51,795 nt of DNA from Gammaproteobacteria bacterium (GTDB lineage Bacteria; Pseudomonadota; Gammaproteobacteria; Arenicellales; UBA868). Positions 47,071 through 51,795 of the stretch are shown one piece after another. The position numbers and the translations under genes are program-made. Where the stretch lies: positions 1-51,795 of the forward strand of contig RGTL01000001.1 of the NCBI GenBank assembly GCA_010025385.1, given 5' to 3'. Every line of letters starts with the position of its first letter. Position 1 is the stretch's first letter. The notes beneath the pieces are model-generated. The model was given only the letters and a program-made list of their open reading frames with translations, was not told the DNA's origin and did not search any database.

Positions 47071-49128
47071 TTGACCCTCGAACGACTGCTTCAGCCAAAA
47101 AGTATCGCGGTGTTTGGCGGCCGCGAGGCTCGGGAGGTCGTTCGGCAATGCCAGCGGATGGGATTTGCCGGCGATATTTGGCCGGTTCATCCCTCGCTTG
47201 AAGAGGTGCAGGGCCTGCCCTGTTATCGGAGCGTAGCGGAGTTACCGTCTGCACCGGACGCCAGTTTTGTTGGCGTCAATCGACACCTTACGATCGACAT
47301 TATTCGGCAGCTCAGCGAGCGAGCGGCCGGGGGAGCGGTTTGTTATGCCTCCGGCTTCGGCGAGGTCGACGATGGCGAGGCCTTGCAAGACGCGCTGCTT
47401 AAGGCGGCGGGGACGATGCCGATTCTTGGGCCGAATTGTTACGGGGTGATCAACTATCTGGACGGCGCACTGCTCTGGCCAGATCAGCATGGTAGTGAGC
47501 GAGTTGAGCGAGGCGTCGCGATTCTGACCCAAAGTAGCAATATCGGCATCAATCTCACGATGCAGGCGCGCGGTCTTCCGATCGCCTACCTCATCGCGCT
47601 TGGCAATCAGGCGCAGACCGATCTCGCCGGAGCGCTTGATACCCTGATTGACGACATGCGCGTCAGTGCGGTGGGCTTGTACATCGAAGGTTTTACCAAT
47701 ATTCCGATGCTTCAGGAAGTGATGCGTCGGGCCCACGAGCGGAACCTTCCGGTCGTCGTAGTGAAATCCGGCGCCAGCGTCCAGGGCGCCCGGATTACCC
47801 GATCGCATACCGCGTCTATGGCGGGCGCCGATGATGTAGCCAACGCGCTGCTCGATCGCCTGGGTATGGCCCGGGTTCGGGATCTGGATACCCTTGTCGA
47901 GACCCTAAAGCTTCTGCATGTACATGGACCTTTAAACGGTAATCGCCTTTGCTCCATGAGCTGCTCGGGCGGCGAGGCCTCGCTGATGGCGGATACGGCG
48001 GTGGGGCGGCGCATCGTTTTTCCTGACCTCAGCGATGAACAGTTTAAGGCCGTCTCGCAGACGGTCCACGAGCTGGTTAGCGTGTCAAACCCTCTGGACT
48101 ATCACACGTTCGCCTGGAATAAAGAGGAAGAATTATTTGGAACGTATCGGGCCATGCTCCGCTGTGGGTTTGATCTGTCGATTCTGGTTCTGGACTTCCC
48201 AAGATTGGATCGGTGCACGATTGAAACCTGGGAGCCTGCGGTGCGAGCTATCAAGCGGGCAGCCCAAGAGACCGGCGCGCCGACTGCCGTGCTGGCTAGT
48301 CTTCCAGAGAGTCTTCCCGAGGGCATCGCAAAAGAACTTATATCCGCAGGCATCGTACCGCTGTGTGGACTGCGGCAGGCGATTGATGCGGCGGAGGCGG
48401 CAGCAAGCGTGGGTCCAGGAGCGCTTGAAGTGAAAAACAATGCCGGCTTGCCAGGCCCGCTTTCATTCCTGCGTTCGAAACACGCAAGGCGCCTGGATGA
48501 GTATGACGCGAAGCAGGTGTTACGGGCGGCGGGTATCGCGGTGCCATCAGGCGCTAAGGCGACGGATCTGGTGTCGCTTGAAGAAAAAGCGAAGCGCTTT
48601 AACTTCCCTCTTGCCTTGAAGGGCTGCGATCCTGATCTGCTGCATAAAAGTGAACAGGGAGCAGTCCATCTTAATATCGAAGATATGGCCACTTTGCTTC
48701 GCGTTGCCGAGCCACTGTTCGACCGTTTTGATACGGTTTTGGTGGAAGAAATGGTCACGGATGCGGTTGGTGAGTGGATCGTTGGGATTAATCATGATCC
48801 GGCTATTGGCCCGTGGATGCTGATTGGCGCAGGAGGTGTCTTTGCTGAGTTGCTCAGTGATCGGGCGGTCGTTTTGCTCCCGGCTGAGACACATCACCTG
48901 GAGCGCGCTATTGATTCTCTAAAAATCAGCTCAATGATGTCGGGGTACCGAGGACTGCCGGTGGGCGACCGCCAAGCGCTGCTCAGCGCCCTGAAAAGCC
49001 TCTCGGATTTCGCGTACGCTCATAGTGATACGCTGATCGAGCTGGAAATCAATCCGCTTCTTATCTGTCCGACAGGGAAAGGAGTCTGTGCCGCGGACGC
49101 GGTCATTCAACAGGCGACACCCGTGTAG
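47071..49128 (+). CDS. NDP-forming acyl-CoA synthetase (acetate-CoA ligase family, fused alpha/beta), probable betainyl-CoA ligase
   Basis: PKSIAVFGG, GPNCYG, SHTASMAG (phospho-His), SCSGG, NPLDYH, HKSEQG, EINPL. Confidence 0.85.
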   Translation: MTLERLLQPKSIAVFGGREAREVVRQCQRMGFAGDIWPVHPSLEEVQGLPCYRSVAELPSAPDASFVGVNRHLTIDIIRQLSERAAGGAVCYASGFGEVDDGEALQDALLKAAGTMPILGPNCYGVINYLDGALLWPDQHGSERVERGVAILTQSSNIGINLTMQARGLPIAYLIALGNQAQTDLAGALDTLIDDMRVSAVGLYIEGFTNIPMLQEVMRRAHERNLPVVVVKSGASVQGARITRSHTASMAGADDVANALLDRLGMARVRDLDTLVETLKLLHVHGPLNGNRLCSMSCSGGEASLMADTAVGRRIVFPDLSDEQFKAVSQTVHELVSVSNPLDYHTFAWNKEEELFGTYRAMLRCGFDLSILVLDFPRLDRCTIETWEPAVRAIKRAAQETGAPTAVLASLPESLPEGIAKELISAGIVPLCGLRQAIDAAEAAASVGPGALEVKNNAGLPGPLSFLRSKHARRLDEYDAKQVLRAAGIAVPSGAKATDLVSLEEKAKRFNFPLALKGCDPDLLHKSEQGAVHLNIEDMATLLRVAEPLFDRFDTVLVEEMVTDAVGEWIVGINHDPAIGPWMLIGAGGVFAELLSDRAVVLLPAETHHLERAIDSLKISSMMSGYRGLPVGDRQALLSALKSLSDFAYAHSDTLIELEINPLLICPTGKGVCAADAVIQQATPV

Positions 49129-49131
49129 CCC

Positions 49132-49830
49132 ATGCCGTTGCTTAGTCTGGACCCTGATCAAGCATGCGTGGCCAAGCCATTCGATGCCTTGATTGAATTC
49201 CTTGGAAGCGAGAAGGGGGCGGTCCTCGATATCGGTTGCGGTGAGGGCGAGATGACTGATCGTCTTTCGCGTTTTGGCTACCGAGCGATAGGACTGGACC
49301 CTCTCAGGGGAAGCGGTCCGGGCATAAGGCGCCTGCAGGCAAGTGCAGAGGCCATACCGCTAGCCAGCCACGTGGTTGATATCGCGCTTTTTCATTGGTC
49401 GCTGCACCACGTTCCGCAAGAGTCGATACCGCAAGCCCTCGCAGAGGCAAAGCGCGTCCTGAGCACCAAAGGAAGACTTCTTGTGATTGAGCCGGAGCCT
49501 ACCGGAAGCTGGCAAGTCGTCTGTCGGTCCTTTCACGATGAAACTGAGGCGCAGGCCATGGCAGCGCGCGCCGTGGATATCATGGTGGAAACAGGCGGCT
49601 ATCTGAGGCGAAGGCGTTATTATCTGAGTGAAGACGGTTTCGATGACTTTGATCAATTTGTCGAGGTCATGATGACCCATGCCTACAACCATTACACCGA
49701 AGCGCAAGTTCGCCAGCGACCGGTTCGAGAAGCGTTCGACTTGTGTGAAGTGGGTGGATCCTATCGCCTGTTTCAACGGATCCGAATGGATGAAATAAGC
49801 ATGAATCAATCCAGTCGCGAACCGGCCTAA
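49132..49830 (+). CDS. class I SAM-dependent methyltransferase
   Basis: VLDIGCGEG, GLD, AEAIP, SLHHVP, GRLLVIEP. Confidence 0.88.
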   Translation: MPLLSLDPDQACVAKPFDALIEFLGSEKGAVLDIGCGEGEMTDRLSRFGYRAIGLDPLRGSGPGIRRLQASAEAIPLASHVVDIALFHWSLHHVPQESIPQALAEAKRVLSTKGRLLVIEPEPTGSWQVVCRSFHDETEAQAMAARAVDIMVETGGYLRRRRYYLSEDGFDDFDQFVEVMMTHAYNHYTEAQVRQRPVREAFDLCEVGGSYRLFQRIRMDEISMNQSSREPA

Positions 49831-49845
49831 ATGAGACCCTAATAT

Positions 49846-50631
49846 ATGAAGAATGAAAATCTGCTGAGCGAGCGAAAAGGGGCGGTCCTGCAAGTCACGC
49901 TCGACCGACCCAAGGCGAATGCGATTGATGTGGCCACCAGTCGGGCCATGGGAGAGCTCTTTGCTCAGTTTCGCGATGATCCAACCCTTCGGGTGGCGAT
50001 CATTACCGGCGCGGGCGAGAAGTTTTTCTGTCCGGGCTGGGATCTGAAGGCGGCAGCAGATGGTGAGGCTGTCGACAGTGACTATGGCGTAGGCGGATTT
50101 GGTGGCTTGCAGGAGCTGCCCGATCTCAACAAACCAATCATTGCTGCCGTAAACGGCATCTGTTGTGGCGGTGGGTTGGAATGGGCGCTGTCGGCTGATT
50201 TGATTATTGCGGCCGAGCATGCAACCTTTGCGCTGCCTGAGATCAATTCGGGCACGATTGCTGATGCGGCGACGCTCAAGTTACCCAAGCGCATTCCGTA
50301 CCACATTGCTATGGAGATGCTGTTTACCGGCAGATGGATGGATGCCGCTGAGGCGCATCACTGGGGCTTGGTCAATGAGGTCTGCCCAGCGGAGCAACTG
50401 ATGAATCGATGTCATGAGCTTGCAGCCGTGCTGGCGGACGGTCCGCCCCTTGTTTTTTCAGCGATAAAAGAGGTCGCTCGAGCCGCCGAAAATATGCGTT
50501 TTCAGGATGCGTTGGACGGCATCACAAAACGAAAGTTTCCCACGGTGGACAAACTTTATTCGAGCGAGGATCAGCTCGAAGGGGCTCGAGCGTTCGCCGA
50601 AAAACGAAAGCCACAATGGAAAGGAAGATGA
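49846..50631 (+). CDS. caiD: carnitinyl-CoA dehydratase / crotonobetainyl-CoA hydratase
   Basis: LDRPKANAID, KFFCPGWDLKAAA.GEA.D.DYG.GGF.GL, GGGLE, LPE, AFAEKR. Confidence 0.9.
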   Translation: MKNENLLSERKGAVLQVTLDRPKANAIDVATSRAMGELFAQFRDDPTLRVAIITGAGEKFFCPGWDLKAAADGEAVDSDYGVGGFGGLQELPDLNKPIIAAVNGICCGGGLEWALSADLIIAAEHATFALPEINSGTIADAATLKLPKRIPYHIAMEMLFTGRWMDAAEAHHWGLVNEVCPAEQLMNRCHELAAVLADGPPLVFSAIKEVARAAENMRFQDALDGITKRKFPTVDKLYSSEDQLEGARAFAEKRKPQWKGR

Positions 50632-50759
50632 AGCTTTCAGAGCCTTGCGTTGTTTTTCGTCTCGTAAAAAAGCCGTCGGTTCTCAATGCTTTCCTTAATT
50701 AGGTATAGTCCGGACGCACGTGATTATTGCGGAATCAAACTACTGACTGAGATTAAACG

Positions 50760-51379
50760 ATGGAAGAGTGGTCTGCTTTATCTCAATCATTATTGCCGTT
50801 ATCCTTGGCGGCGGTACGGTGCTTTATGCCGTGTGGGACAAAGGGTTTCGCAACAGTTTTGACAATGTGCTGGCCGGAGTGACCATCGGCGTTCTCGTTT
50901 GTGGGGCGTGGTACGTTACCGGTGTGATTGGCAATGATGATTTTGAGCCGGTGCCGGTTGAGGCGATTACCTTTATTGCGCCGTCAGGCAATCTTCTGAA
51001 CTATTTGATGACGTGGACCGGGTCGCAGATTAACTTTGGCATAGCGGTCGTTTGCGGCATGATCGCCGGCTCGTTCATTTACGCCATTTTCTCAGGCAAC
51101 TTCCGTATCGAGACCTTTGCGACCGGGGGGGATATGCGCAACCACCTCGTGGCAGGCGTGCTGATGGGGTTTGGAGGGGTGCTGTCTTTTGGCTGTACGA
51201 TCGGCCAAGGTGTTTCAGGCATGTCCACGCTGGCGATAGGTTCGCTCCTGACCCTGGTCTCTATTCTTTTTGGTTCCGCGCTGACGATGAAGACGCAGTA
51301 CTACATGCTCGATGATGGATTCTGGGCGTCTTTACACCAAGCGCTGGCGGATCTCAGGCTGATGCCGAGGAAATCCTGA
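50760..51379 (+). pseudogene. YeeE/YedE sulfur-compound transporter, N-terminal half missing
   Basis: C-terminal half present (TFIAP, FRIETF, LMGFGGVLSFGCTIGQG). The ATG at 50760 (MEEWSALSQ) is out of frame with it, and there is no room upstream for the first repeat. Confidence 0.7.
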
Positions 51380-51432
51380 ACCCGACCAACGTCGGACGTG
51401 GTTGGATAAAGCTCAGGAAGTGCTCAGGCGGG

Positions 51433-51438
51433 TATAAT
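51433..51438 (+). promoter_or_regulatory. -10 box of tRNA promoter
   Basis: TATAAT followed by the GC-rich discriminator GCGGCCCGC typical of stable-RNA promoters. Confidence 0.65.
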
Positions 51439-51459
51439 GCGGCCCGCAGAGGTTTTCGA

Positions 51460-51535
51460 GGGCCGTTAGCTCAGTCGGTAGAGCATCTGACTTTTAATCA
51501 GGTGGTCGCAGGTTCGATCCCTGCACGGCCCACCA
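51460..51535 (+). tRNA. tRNA-Lys(UUU)
   Basis: GGGCCGT/ACGGCCC acceptor stem, D arm, anticodon loop CTTTTAA, GGTTCGATCC T arm, encoded CCA; 76 nt. Confidence 0.98.
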
Positions 51536-51795
51536 AACTTGGCCCGGCACGCTACTCCTTTTTTCGGCCTGTCTGTTTTTTGCATACCAAAGTCCACGTG
51601 CCGAACGTTTTTAAAGGCGATGAGCAGGCCGCGCCGCTCTCATTTTTTAGCCGGGTGTGGCTCATCGCTTGCCACGACAGGGTCGCAGCTCCTGGCCTAG
51701 CTAGGTCGTGAAGCTTGTCCTGGCGCGCTCCGAGGATGTTTTATTCACCGATTACGCACAGCAGCGTAGCGCTGCGAGGAATATATTTTGGAATT

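Noticed and set aside
1323-49830. Creatine pathway made of the amidinotransferase plus the SAM methyltransferase
   Set aside because: The genes are about 47 kb apart in unrelated operons, and I see no GAMT-specific features.
49360-50220. 286-aa minus-strand ORF
   Set aside because: Antisense to the methyltransferase and caiD; typical GC-rich shadow ORF.
51502-51795. ORF 51502..51711 and a possible integrative element at tRNA-Lys
   Set aside because: The ORF starts inside the tRNA. No integrase or duplicated tRNA 3' end is visible, although sequence beyond the window cannot be judged.
1-51795. CRISPR arrays, IS elements, prophage or rRNA genes
   Set aside because: No regularly spaced repeats, transposase/integrase/phage motifs or rRNA signatures were seen by eye.

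Overview
Chromosomal segment of a GC-rich gammaproteobacterium, probably a marine sulfur-oxidising or mixotrophic lineage (inferred from gene content). From left to right: (1) an Old Yellow Enzyme gene broken by an internal deletion, followed by an intact L-arginine amidinotransferase; (2) an AT-richer surface-glycosylation cassette (two RfbE-like SDR epimerases, a GT2 and a polytopic GT-C-like protein); (3) two EamA/DMT genes (one broken), gluQ, DUF411, a Lon-N-domain protein, a Rieske ferredoxin and cysG; (4) a largely uncharacterised block of AAA+ ATPase, HEXXH/VWA protein, Sel1 protein, TrpD-like protein, two CbbR/CysL-type LysR regulators and a small hypothetical; (5) the conserved rppH / rfaE2-dolP-gmhA-yraN-lpoA / rsmI-rnpB region; (6) the dcw cluster mraZ to lpxC, with murB but without ddl, preceded by a DnaA box, MraZ boxes and a long structured leader containing a terminator; (7) a CoA-dependent carnitine/butyrobetaine operon with an inserted SAM methyltransferase; (8) a YeeE/YedE sulfur-transporter gene missing its N-terminal half, then tRNA-Lys(UUU). 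I saw no CRISPR array, IS element or integrase. The best leads are the cysG-linked AAA/VWA-metallopeptidase module, the candidate sRNA/attenuator upstream of mraZ, three frameshifting internal deletions, the SDR pair in which one copy lacks the catalytic Tyr, the methyltransferase in the carnitine operon and the orphan amidinotransferase. All assignments come from motif recognition by eye; no searches were run.
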